DNA of 64,000 nucleotides from Candidatus Altiarchaeia archaeon (GTDB lineage Archaea; Altiarchaeota; Altiarchaeia; IMC4; QMZM01): NCBI GenBank assembly GCA_049299895.1, contig JBAQYF010000031.1, positions 96,644 to 160,643 of the forward strand, read 5' to 3'. Shown piece by piece: positions 56,401 to 64,000 of this stretch (position 1 is its first letter; each line of letters starts with the position of its first letter). The notes under the pieces were generated by a model. It saw only the letters and a program-made list of their open reading frames with translations, ran no database searches and was not told where the DNA came from. The position numbers and the translations under genes were made by a program.

Positions 56401-58874
56401 AAGAACGCATGACGGAAGCAGCCAGGACCGAGGAGCAATACGCAAAGCAGCAGGCGGCACTCGAGGACATACAGACAAAAGAGCAGGACATCAGGGAACA
56501 CGAAAAGAGAAGGGAGAACGAAGCCGCCAAAAGAAAGGAGGAAATGGCGGAAATAGACAAAGAACGCTGGAAACTCGCAGACGAGATAAAAAGATTAGAG
56601 GCCGCACGAAGCCAGATATCCGAAGCGGAAAAGAACCTCGAAGAAGAGAGGGCAGGAATAGAAAAAGAGAAAGAAGCGCTAAAAGAGGAAAAAAGCAAAA
56701 AGAATCACGTCCCAGGATACGTCCCGGACGAAAAAGCACTCTCGCCGGCAGAAGACATTGAAGACCTCGAAAGAAGAGAGAAGGAACTCGCAGCCAGGGA
56801 AAAACGGATAGAGGACCAGCAAAAAGCGAGAAAAGACGAGATAAGATCGATAGAGATGGAGCGCTGGAAGCTCACCGACGAAGCAAAGAGGATAGAAGCG
56901 CACAAAAAAGAGATAGCGCTCGCAGAGCAGAGATTCGCAGAAGAAAAAGACAGGATAGAAAAAGACAGGATAACACTCGCCGAAGAGAAGAAAAAAGTCT
57001 CCGAGCAAAGCTTTCTCCTGGAGAAAAAGCTGGCGGAAATAAAGAACGCAGAAGAGGAGATCAACAGGAAAAGGACGGAACAGTTAGACGAACTGGAAAG
57101 GAAAAAGGAAGAACTGTCGGCCCTGCACGAAAAGACCCTGGAGGAAAGGGCGAAAAGAAGGGAAGAATCCGAGTCCATAGAACAAGAGCGCTGGAAACTG
57201 GAAAGCGAGCAAAAGAAGGTAGAGCTCCTGAAGGAGAGGATAGAGGAAGAACAGAACAAAGCGGCAGAAGAAAGGAAAGCTGCGGAAAAAGAAAGAACGG
57301 AACTGCAATCCCAGAAGAAAAAACTGGAAGAGGAAGGAAGAGCCCTCGAAAGGAAGATAGCAGACATCAGGCAGGCAGAAGAAGAACTCAACAAGAAAAG
57401 AGACACCCAGGCGGAAGAACTGCAAAAGAAAGAAAAAGAGATAAAAGAACTACAGGAAAAGGCCTCAAAAGAAAGAAGCGCAACAACGGGCGAGGCAGAG
57501 AACATAGAAAAAGAGCGCAACAAGCTCATCGAGGAACAGAAAAAGCTGGAAGCGCAGAAAAAAGAAGTAGAAGACGCACAGAGGCGCTTCTCCGAAGAAA
57601 AGAAGGCGCTTGAAAACGAATGGGTGGAAGTGCGAGCCCAGAGGAAAAAACTGGAAGAGGAAACAAAGGCCCTGGAGAAAAAGATCCTCGAGATGAAGCA
57701 GGCAGAAAATGAGATCATCCTGCGAAACAGCTCCCGGATGGAGGAACTGCGCAGAAAAGAAGGGGAATTAAAAGAACTGCACGACAAGGTCTCGGAAGAA
57801 AAGAGCGGAAGAATAGGCGAGGCGAAAAACATAGAGAAAGAACGCAGCAAACTCGCGGACGAACAGAAAAAAATAGATGCGCAGAAAGCCCAGATAGCCG
57901 AAGCCCAGAGACGCACCTCCGAAGAAAGGGCCGCCCTGGAAAAAGAGAAGGCAGAGCTCCAGTATGACAGGAAAAAGACAGAAGATGAAGCGGTCGCTCT
58001 TGAGAAAAAGATATCGGAATTAAAACTCGCGCAACAGGAACCGGGCAAAAAAGAAGAAACGCAAAACATAGAGAAAGAGCGCAGGAAACTCGCGGACGAA
58101 CAGAAGAAACTGGAAGAGCAACGAGCGCAGATAAAAGCGGAAGAAAACAGGCTTGCAGACGAGAGAAAGGCCGTAGAAAAAGAAAGAAAAGACCTCAAAG
58201 AGCAGAAGAGCCAGGCAAAAGAACCCGCTAAAAAAGGCTCTGACAAGGCGGCAAGCGACATAGACAAAAGAAGGCAGGAACTCACACTCCTCGAAAAGAG
58301 AATAGAAGAGCAGCAGACGGCCAGAAGAAAGGAGATGGAGGCCATAGAAAAAGAAGGCTGGAAACTCATAGACGATCAAAAGAGGCTGGAACTGCGCGAG
58401 AAACAGGTAAGGGAAGCAGAGAAAAGATTCCTACAGGAAAAGGAGCTGATGGAGAAATCCAAGGAGAACCTAGCCCAGCAGAAGAAAAGGATAGACGAAG
58501 AAAAGGCCCACCTGGAGAGAAGAACGGCAGAACTCAAAAAGCTGGAGCAGGAAATAGCCCAGAAAGAAAAACTGGAAAACTACAGGGGCATAAGAGAAAA
58601 AGAACTCGAATCATCCGGCCTGAAGACCTCCGCGGAACAGGCAGACCCCGAAAGATACCGCAAGGAGAGGCGCATCATGGAAATAGAGCGCTGGAGACTC
58701 ATGGACGAACAGAAGAAGCTGGAGAACAAGTTGGCCGATCTGAAAGAAGAGGAAAAGAAGCGCGCAGAAGATACCGGAAAGCCAAAGGACAAGAAACAGG
58801 ACGCATTCAAAAAGACAAGCCCCGCCGACGACCTGAAGATACTGGAAGAAGAGCACACAAAGAAGAAAAAATGA
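53451..58874 (+). CDS. 1807-aa protein: N-terminal HPS/KGPDC-like (OMPDC-fold) domain fused to ~1600 aa of E/K-rich coiled-coil repeats
   Basis: The N-terminus 'LQVSLNSLDLQEALSIAEKAANEGITWIEVGSSLIKAAGL...ITADMKIIH' parallels the HPS domain of the 14431 gene. A Pro/Thr/Ala linker follows, then a continuous frame with periodic 'IEKERWKLxDEQKKLE' units. Confidence 0.7.
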   Translation: MKTVLQVSLNSLDLQEALSIAEKAANEGITWIEVGSSLIKAAGLAAVTELRKRYPNARITADMKIIHSPEEVSAVADAGADIMMFFSGTDEGLVRECVKAAKAADIELMADIYTSVFPTGDAKRFEDLGVNYLFTRSQDLKNVASSVRIPVAVPIGRDPEAAKKAVENGAKILNISDFPKRERINNFLDRVPGLHEGEDTKPEPTYPKTAPANKQIPYTTAPTPAKAASSESLGSAPVLSEFERLNQLFLNLEEKRKIEENKRILLERNIENKEKEHREILENERKRVDEEIAKIESEKEDIRRYREKLEKDSAETEQQRKRIVEEWGRIKQAEISFEDTQKRKLEEYNAKKEEIWKKWEEDQKKRWMNASAEIDEEKKKTEARWADLEDLGKRIDAEKKKLEEQNASISQDKSETEKRFQEVANLRKLHESNLALLEEDRRQIEEQKKYIEEQKKYVDEQKASFDSKWNEYKAGLEANLEEQKKTLEAQKLILSEEKLQVKSEKQDIEKLKLDVSEELEKARKKREEAEELQRQAAEERNRIEERITEEQKKLEEKLSAEQKKIEDRQIEIEAREEEAYKAAEIIEKAKSITQEMLMVEEEARKAEQKWKEVSQAEKRIRETERKIDEQQRNRKQELQELEKERWMLHDELKKIENNWTTLAEIEKKQEEEKRILDQERAENAEHRKCIEEEFKKIEGQEKERKDSEGVFEQAQQGKLKEYQKKNEEAWNAWEGDQKKIWREEFEKIENERKKLELEKAELKTKVAQIQLESWKTAEESQKIEKKLSLAEEKEKITEDNLRRITEKEYSQRELIEEIEKERWRIHDELQKVEKSWASIKEIEKKYEKDKESIVKDRLFIEEQKKKLEADERNLEEEYAKLKSELESFENQKRNHLESLREREEELSGIHGKTDEGALRRREEIECIEKERWKIDAETRSIEAKWAQVKESEKKLETDRNSIAQEREYLDEIKKKIEDEAIKLEERMTEAARTEEQYAKQQAALEDIQTKEQDIREHEKRRENEAAKRKEEMAEIDKERWKLADEIKRLEAARSQISEAEKNLEEERAGIEKEKEALKEEKSKKNHVPGYVPDEKALSPAEDIEDLERREKELAAREKRIEDQQKARKDEIRSIEMERWKLTDEAKRIEAHKKEIALAEQRFAEEKDRIEKDRITLAEEKKKVSEQSFLLEKKLAEIKNAEEEINRKRTEQLDELERKKEELSALHEKTLEERAKRREESESIEQERWKLESEQKKVELLKERIEEEQNKAAEERKAAEKERTELQSQKKKLEEEGRALERKIADIRQAEEELNKKRDTQAEELQKKEKEIKELQEKASKERSATTGEAENIEKERNKLIEEQKKLEAQKKEVEDAQRRFSEEKKALENEWVEVRAQRKKLEEETKALEKKILEMKQAENEIILRNSSRMEELRRKEGELKELHDKVSEEKSGRIGEAKNIEKERSKLADEQKKIDAQKAQIAEAQRRTSEERAALEKEKAELQYDRKKTEDEAVALEKKISELKLAQQEPGKKEETQNIEKERRKLADEQKKLEEQRAQIKAEENRLADERKAVEKERKDLKEQKSQAKEPAKKGSDKAASDIDKRRQELTLLEKRIEEQQTARRKEMEAIEKEGWKLIDDQKRLELREKQVREAEKRFLQEKELMEKSKENLAQQKKRIDEEKAHLERRTAELKKLEQEIAQKEKLENYRGIREKELESSGLKTSAEQADPERYRKERRIMEIERWRLMDEQKKLENKLADLKEEEKKRAEDTGKPKDKKQDAFKKTSPADDLKILEEEHTKKKK

Positions 58875-58932
58875 GCACATCAGGGCTCATGGTTATTAGC
58901 AATAACGCATCATTAGTTAACAGGCCCAAAAA

Positions 58933-60753
58933 ATGTTAACGAACATACTCAATATCCTCACAGGGATGCTCCTATTGTTCTTCGTCCCCGGATACGCGCT
59001 TATCTACGCCCTGTTCCCGAAGAAGGGCCTGGACATCTACGAACGGATCTCAATAGCGATATTATCCAGCATATCCATAAGCATCCTGCCGGTATTCGCG
59101 CTAAACTACCTTTTCAAAACGCCGATCAACTATTACACAGTAGTACTATCATCCCTGCTCGTGACATGCGCCTGCGCGATAATATATCTTGCACGCACAA
59201 GGGAGATACCGGAATTCTTCTTCGAGATGCACGAATACGGCACCCAGAAGATACTAAGAGTATTATGCGTGCTGCTGATCCTTGCGGCAAGTTTTCTCCT
59301 GGTATACTCCATACACCAATACTATCCGTATCCATACCTCCTCGACGAATGGCAGCACATAGCCCAGGGGATACAGGTCGCAGACACGGGAAACATAACG
59401 CTGAATAACCCCTACTACAAAGACGGGAACGTAACGAGCGAACCCGGCTACTACGAGAAAGGCTTCCACGTGTTCCTCGCGGAATGCTTCATGCTAACAG
59501 GACAGGAACCGGCCAGGTTCTATACGATACTCCCCGCACTATTTGCAGCTATCACCGGGCTCATCGTATTCACATTCACGTACAAGACCACAAAGAACTA
59601 CGCAACAGGCCTCTTTGCCCTTCTGTTCTACGCGGCCCTGAGAAGCAACATAAGCGTTCTCGGCCCCTGGTTCTATGTGCCGCTAAGCATGGGATTCGCA
59701 TACATATACGCGATACTATACCTGGCAGCAATCGGCCTCGAAAGATACAGCATAAGACTGCTGACGCTGTCTTCGATACTGCTCCTGACGCTGGCCCTGA
59801 TACACCCGTGGTCCGCGGCAATCGTCTATACTGTCGTCATATTATATGTGATCATGCGCCGCAGGATCCTCGCAGATAAGAATGTTATCCTCATCGCGGG
59901 CGTCCTCGCAATACCTCTTGTTTCTTTCGGCTACGTGATCAATACGATGTGGCAGGGCGATTTCTATAAAACAGCAGTTCATTTTGCCGGAAACTATCTC
60001 ATAAGCGGCCTGGGAATACCTGTAAAAGAAGTCGCAAATCCCATGTATTTTGTTTCGTTCTATGGCATAGCTCCGCTGGCACTCGCCCTCTTCGGCGCAT
60101 ACTGCCTATTCAGAAAGAAAGACGGGCCAGAAAGAGTGTTCCTGACCTGGACTACATTCATCTTTGCAGAAATGGTATTGTTCCAGATAACCGGGAAAAC
60201 GATCCTTGCACCCTATGAGAGAATAATATACTACGCGTTCCTCTCGCTCGTGCCCCTGTCCGCGATAGGCCTCTACGGCCTGCTTGAATACCTGTTCCGC
60301 AAGACACGGAACAAGGAGATACGATTCACCGCATCCCTGATATGCATAGGCGCAGTCGCATACCTCCTGTTCACGCCCTATTACGACAACCGCGCAAACC
60401 TGTATAAGATAATAGACGACGACACGTACTACGGGATAAAGGCACTGGAAAAGACCGGCCGCCACCACGTGATCCTTGCAAGGCCGGAGATATCGTCGGC
60501 CATCTATCCCGTGACAAGGAATTACGTCGTGTCGATCAACCCCGCGCAGCTTGGATGGGACAAGCGCGGCCTGGAAGACAACAGAAGATTCTTCATGACC
60601 GACTGCCCGGGAAAACTCCAAGTAATAAAAAAATACGACGTAGACTACGTATTCGTAAGAAAAGAGGACGCACAGGACTGCCCGGGCCTGAAGCTGATAT
60701 ATAGGGAAAAAGGCTCCTATATCTATGAGGTAGTCAACAGTGGAAACGCTTGA
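58933..60753 (+). CDS. Large polytopic membrane protein, GT-C-like glycosyltransferase candidate (family uncertain)
   Basis: ~12 N-terminal TM helices with an acidic first loop ('KKGLDIYER'), then a ~150-aa soluble C-terminal domain. No WWDYG motif, so it is not a canonical AglB/STT3. Confidence 0.4.
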   Translation: MLTNILNILTGMLLLFFVPGYALIYALFPKKGLDIYERISIAILSSISISILPVFALNYLFKTPINYYTVVLSSLLVTCACAIIYLARTREIPEFFFEMHEYGTQKILRVLCVLLILAASFLLVYSIHQYYPYPYLLDEWQHIAQGIQVADTGNITLNNPYYKDGNVTSEPGYYEKGFHVFLAECFMLTGQEPARFYTILPALFAAITGLIVFTFTYKTTKNYATGLFALLFYAALRSNISVLGPWFYVPLSMGFAYIYAILYLAAIGLERYSIRLLTLSSILLLTLALIHPWSAAIVYTVVILYVIMRRRILADKNVILIAGVLAIPLVSFGYVINTMWQGDFYKTAVHFAGNYLISGLGIPVKEVANPMYFVSFYGIAPLALALFGAYCLFRKKDGPERVFLTWTTFIFAEMVLFQITGKTILAPYERIIYYAFLSLVPLSAIGLYGLLEYLFRKTRNKEIRFTASLICIGAVAYLLFTPYYDNRANLYKIIDDDTYYGIKALEKTGRHHVILARPEISSAIYPVTRNYVVSINPAQLGWDKRGLEDNRRFFMTDCPGKLQVIKKYDVDYVFVRKEDAQDCPGLKLIYREKGSYIYEVVNSGNA

Positions 60754-61243
60754 AGCGATAAGGACCCGCAGGAGCATGCGGGAATTTTCAGGCAAGAAAG
60801 TTTCCAAAGAGATAATCGAAGAGATCCTCGAAGCAGGCAGATGGGCGCCGTCCGGCATGAACAACCAGCCTTGGCGCTTCGTCGTCGTATCAGACAAAAA
60901 AACAAATGAACTCCTCTCGGAACAGACGCACTACGACGACATATTAAAGTTTGCACCATGCGCGATAGCAGTCTTCTACGACATGGATTCCGGATACGAA
61001 CGCACAAAAGACGTCCTGGCGATCGGCGCATGCATACAGAACATGCTCCTGGCCGCACGTTCACTCGACCTTGCCTCATGCTGGCTGGGAGAAATACTCA
61101 AAAACAAAGAAAAGGTTGCCCTGCTGCTTGAGGCACCCGCAAGCTACGAACTAATGGCAGTGATAGCACTGGGGGAATCCAACGAAAAGCCGGACAAGGG
61201 AGATCGAAAAGAAATGGACGAACTGATCTACAAATGGACCTGA
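60740..61243 (+). CDS. Nitroreductase-family protein
   Basis: 'IRTRRSMREFSGKKVSKEIIEEILEAGRWAPSGMNNQPWRFVVV' is the classic nitroreductase N-terminus. Confidence 0.8.
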   Translation: METLEAIRTRRSMREFSGKKVSKEIIEEILEAGRWAPSGMNNQPWRFVVVSDKKTNELLSEQTHYDDILKFAPCAIAVFYDMDSGYERTKDVLAIGACIQNMLLAARSLDLASCWLGEILKNKEKVALLLEAPASYELMAVIALGESNEKPDKGDRKEMDELIYKWT

Positions 61244-62130
61244 AACTCAACCAAAACACATTCAACGCGCTGGAAAAGATCAAAGGCGGCAAAAGCGTTT
61301 CCTCCCTAGAATACGACCTAGACGGGAGAAAAGCAACCGTCCTGGACATCGGAGTCTCTGACAGGATAAAAGGCAAGTCCGCAGAAAAACTCGGCCTCAT
61401 TATAGCCGACGCATCCATGGGACTCCTAGGCAAAACAAGGATAGACGAGGGGATGCTCACAGTAGAAATATCAAGAGACCCGGTGATTGCGACACTCGGC
61501 TGCCAGCTTGCAGGCTGGGCGATAGAGATAGACGGAAAAAAGCGGCTGGGAAGCGGACCCGCAAGGATCCTTGCCAGAAAGCCGGGAAAGATAATCGACG
61601 CCGCAGGATACACTGAATCCTCGGACAAGGCGGCGCTCATACTGGAAACAAAAAACCTCCCGGGAAAAGAGGAATGCAGAAAGATACTCGACGAGACAAA
61701 AGCAAATGAACTGATAATAGCCGCATTCCGGGAAGACTCGACTATCGGCCTCATCAACGTACTTGCAAGGATCGTAGAAGTCGGGATGTTCCGTCTGCAC
61801 AACATAGGATACGATACCCGAAAAGTGATATGGGCTAAGGGAACAGTCCCCATACCCCCCCAGGGAAAAGACATAATGTACACGTCAAACGACGCCATAA
61901 TATACCGCGGCACGGTATCGATGGAAACCGAAGGATGGGATGCAAATCTTACCGAAAGAACAGTATCAAAGATATCAACGGCCTACGGCAAAAACTTCAA
62001 GGAGATATTCACCGAAGCCGGAAGCGACTTCTACAAGATAGACCCCCAGATATTCGCGCCCGCGCAGATCACGATAAAAGACCTCCTGGACGGGAAAACA
62101 TACTCGGCAGGGGGCGTTTATGTATTTTAA
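61234..62130 (+). CDS. mch: Methenyltetrahydromethanopterin cyclohydrolase
   Basis: 'PVIATLGCQLAGW', 'LGSGPARILARKP', 'ARIVEVGMF' and 'DFYKIDPQIFAPAQITIKDLLDGKTY' parallel conserved Mch blocks. Confidence 0.8.
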   Translation: MDLKLNQNTFNALEKIKGGKSVSSLEYDLDGRKATVLDIGVSDRIKGKSAEKLGLIIADASMGLLGKTRIDEGMLTVEISRDPVIATLGCQLAGWAIEIDGKKRLGSGPARILARKPGKIIDAAGYTESSDKAALILETKNLPGKEECRKILDETKANELIIAAFREDSTIGLINVLARIVEVGMFRLHNIGYDTRKVIWAKGTVPIPPQGKDIMYTSNDAIIYRGTVSMETEGWDANLTERTVSKISTAYGKNFKEIFTEAGSDFYKIDPQIFAPAQITIKDLLDGKTYSAGGVYVF

Positions 62131-62308
62131 ATACATAATCTATAATGATAAATCGTTATAAATGAACCTTTAAGAAAGGTCCTCGAGACATGCGCCCTTC
62201 GGCGGGCGCAGTTCACGAAACAGCGGGCTTCGCCTATCGGCTCACCCGCTTGACGGTTATACAACAAAAAAGAGGTCATATAGTAAAAAAACGGTGGTTT
62301 GAAAAAAA

Positions 62309-62491
62309 ATGGTTGACATAAAAGTAGACAGCGAAAAGTGCACAGGATGCGGAACATGCGTTGACACCTGCCCCATGGGCCTATACAGCCTCGACAAGGG
62401 CAAAGCCAAGGCAAGAGACAAAGACGAATGCGTCATGTGCAGAGCCTGCGAAAGCGCATGCCCCGCAGGAGCAATAGAAGTAACGGAATAA
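62309..62491 (+). CDS. 2x[4Fe-4S] ferredoxin
   Basis: Two CxxCxxCxxxCP motifs in 60 aa. Confidence 0.8.
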   Translation: MVDIKVDSEKCTGCGTCVDTCPMGLYSLDKGKAKARDKDECVMCRACESACPAGAIEVTE

Positions 62492-62572
62492 ATACACGCC
62501 TGCTTCTTTTGACTTAAAAAAAAGCCCCCGTTATTTCACTTATTTCCAGGGGTCTTACGTTCTTTTATAATC

Positions 62573-62869
62573 TTACAACAACACTGCGAACTGCGCATGC
62601 TTTATCCCGCCTATTACGAGCACATTCTCTTTTTCGACGTAGCCTGCGCAGATCGCGGAATCAACGACCCTGTTGCCGGCAAGATTAGCGATAGTCGCGC
62701 CTGACAAGACCTTTTCGAGTTCCGCCAAGGAAGCCACGCCCCGGTGATAAAAAGACGCCTTCACTTCCAACTGCAATTCCCCCTCAAAGAAAGTCTTCCC
62801 GAGAATATCCTTATCGCAGACCGCCACAAGGACCTCGTTCCCGCAGGTATGGATCTTATAGCAAAACAT
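62573..62869 (-). CDS. Conserved archaeal small protein (DUF424-like)
   Basis: 'EVLVAVCDKDILGKTF' resembles the DUF424 signature. 98 aa. Confidence 0.45.
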   Translation of the reverse strand: MFCYKIHTCGNEVLVAVCDKDILGKTFFEGELQLEVKASFYHRGVASLAELEKVLSGATIANLAGNRVVDSAICAGYVEKENVLVIGGIKHAQFAVLL

Positions 62870-62892
62870 AAAAAAAATAATAGAAAAAAAGA

Positions 62893-63306
62893 TTATTTGA
62901 TTTTACGCAGAGGCCTCCATCCGCCGCAGGCAGCGCACTTGATGATCCGTTGACCCTCAAGCTCAGTGAACTTGGTATCCGGCTTATGGCACTCCTGGCA
63001 TAGAACGTACTCCGTAGCATAAGACTCGATCTTCTGATCGATTACGTGCTTGCGCAAAGCCCTCTGGATTACGACACGGCTCCCGTCAAGAGTCCCCGGG
63101 GCTGCCAATTCCTTTAGGAGGAACGTAAAGACGTGCTTAGGGTCCCTCCCCAAAAGGTCTGCTATCTCAGAAAAGTTCTTTATGATAGTCTGATTCCCCT
63201 CGATAAAGGTGTTAGCCTGGGGGACAGTGAAACGATCGTGGCTCTTCAATCCCTCGGGAAGATTCTCCCAGCACCGGTCCAAAAGCTTGTTATAATTAGA
63301 CTCCAT
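62893..63306 (-). CDS. Translation initiation factor 2 subunit beta (aIF2-beta)
   Basis: 'VPQANTFIEGNQTII', 'FLLKELAAPGTLDGSRVVIQ' and the C-terminal CQECHKPDT...CAACGG zinc ribbon. Confidence 0.85.
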   Translation of the reverse strand: MESNYNKLLDRCWENLPEGLKSHDRFTVPQANTFIEGNQTIIKNFSEIADLLGRDPKHVFTFLLKELAAPGTLDGSRVVIQRALRKHVIDQKIESYATEYVLCQECHKPDTKFTELEGQRIIKCAACGGWRPLRKIK

Positions 63307-63775
63307 TCTTGTTCTCTTCCTTTATCGCGCCCTTGTCAAAACGCGTCTCCTGTATGTAGTTGGGCGTTATGAACTTGCGGTTGACGTCTCTTATCAATGA
63401 ATCGCAGTCCTGCTTTATCTTCTCCAGATTGGCAACGATCCTCATACGCTCTCCTTCGACGTCGTCTATCATCTCGTACGGCTCGATGGCGGTCTTGAAG
63501 TCGTCTACTTCGACCATCGTGTAATCGGAACGGTTCATCTGCTTGGATATCTTCCGGCATATCTTCTCAAGCCAAAGATTCATCTCAACCTTCACGCGGC
63601 CGCGGATCATCTTGTCCTTGTCCAGCTCGTCCTTCATGATCCTCACGACAGGGGCCATGGCAAAGGCATACTTGCTCTCGTCTATTACTTCCTCGCCGGC
63701 TGCGGCATCAGGAGCAGCAGCGACGACGTCAGTTACTTCTTCATCCACACCAGAATCCTTATCCACGTTGACCAT
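63296..63775 (-). CDS. Histone-fold domain protein (NF-Y/NC2-like, archaeal)
   Basis: The central 'KYAFAMAPVVRIMKDELDKDKMIRGRVKVEMNLWLEKICRKISKQM' fits a histone-fold helix-strand-helix pattern. Acidic N-terminal tail. Confidence 0.45.
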   Translation of the reverse strand: MVNVDKDSGVDEEVTDVVAAAPDAAAGEEVIDESKYAFAMAPVVRIMKDELDKDKMIRGRVKVEMNLWLEKICRKISKQMNRSDYTMVEVDDFKTAIEPYEMIDDVEGERMRIVANLEKIKQDCDSLIRDVNRKFITPNYIQETRFDKGAIKEENKNGV

Positions 63776-64000
63776 CTTTGAAAGCCTCTTATATACTTTA
63801 AGATAATATTAAAAAGATACTATATACAGGAAATATATAGGATTTAAAGGCTAAAAAGACACCAAACAACGTAAACCACCACCACAGAGCCTATAAACAC
63901 ATAAAAACCAACATACGGATGAACTGGGTATAAAACAGCCAAAAACGCGGGATTTAAATACAAAAACAGAGATTAATACTTATTAAAAAAATGCTGGGGT

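Noticed and set aside
54101-58369. Long antisense ORFs (e.g. 55187-56698, 503 aa; 56705-58369, 554 aa; 54101-54868) opposite the coiled-coil gene
   Set aside because: They translate to low-complexity S/F/L-rich strings, which are a by-product of the GAA/AAG-rich repeats on the coding strand. They have no start context. The sense frame encodes a coherent coiled coil.

Overview
This 64 kb window is an archaeal chromosomal segment, on the + strand, with moderate GC content. The core housekeeping genes are unmistakably archaeal. They include the canonical exosome superoperon (psmA, SBDS, rrp4, rrp41, rrp42) and an archaeal-type ThrRS with an N-terminal editing domain. FtsY, prefoldin alpha, RpiA, aIF2-beta, deoxyhypusine synthase and a histone-fold protein are also present. 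Three genes point to a methanogen-type euryarchaeal background: O-phosphoseryl-tRNA synthetase (SepRS), methenyl-H4MPT cyclohydrolase (Mch), and a 3-hexulose-6-phosphate synthase (HPS) fused to an RraA domain. The first ~14 kb is a surface-glycan biosynthesis cluster. It encodes two DegT-family enzymes, one of them a ColD/RfbH-like 3-dehydratase with His in place of the PLP Lys, a class I aminotransferase, an SDR and a GNAT. It also encodes a GT10 fucosyltransferase-like enzyme, a double-GT2 protein, a GT4 enzyme and a Wzx-like flippase. This cluster is unusually joined to a LuxE-like acyl-protein synthetase, a LuxC-like acyl-CoA reductase and an acyl-CoA synthetase fragment. The most striking region is a ~17 kb cell-envelope island at 30.8-47.9 kb. 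It encodes a 2192-aa secreted vWA-domain giant protein that is dense in N-glycosylation sequons and ends in a TM anchor. Immediately downstream, and translationally coupled to it, are five tandem paralogous polytopic membrane proteins. They share two strongly conserved blocks, an SP-x-GR-[SA]-KAK loop between two helices and an F-P-x-S-x(6)-F-x-x-T-[KR]-x-[IV]-G-[RK] block, but I cannot place them in any known family. The island also carries cysteine-rich extracellular modules on three genes, an SPFH protein and a small Cys-rich protein with a pilin-like C-terminal helical hairpin. An ATPase-dead KaiC-like protein paired with a disordered wHTH protein lies alongside. Other oddities include an 1807-aa protein with an HPS-like N-terminal domain fused to ~1600 aa of E/K-rich coiled coil built on a periodic ERWKL motif. 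There is also an array of four tandem ~55-nt units, each a conserved 'ATCAACCAACCACCTCC' box followed by a compensatorily varying C5/G5 hairpin, lying between a small HTH regulator and ftsY. I found no CRISPR array, no tRNA or rRNA gene, and no obvious transposase or integrase.
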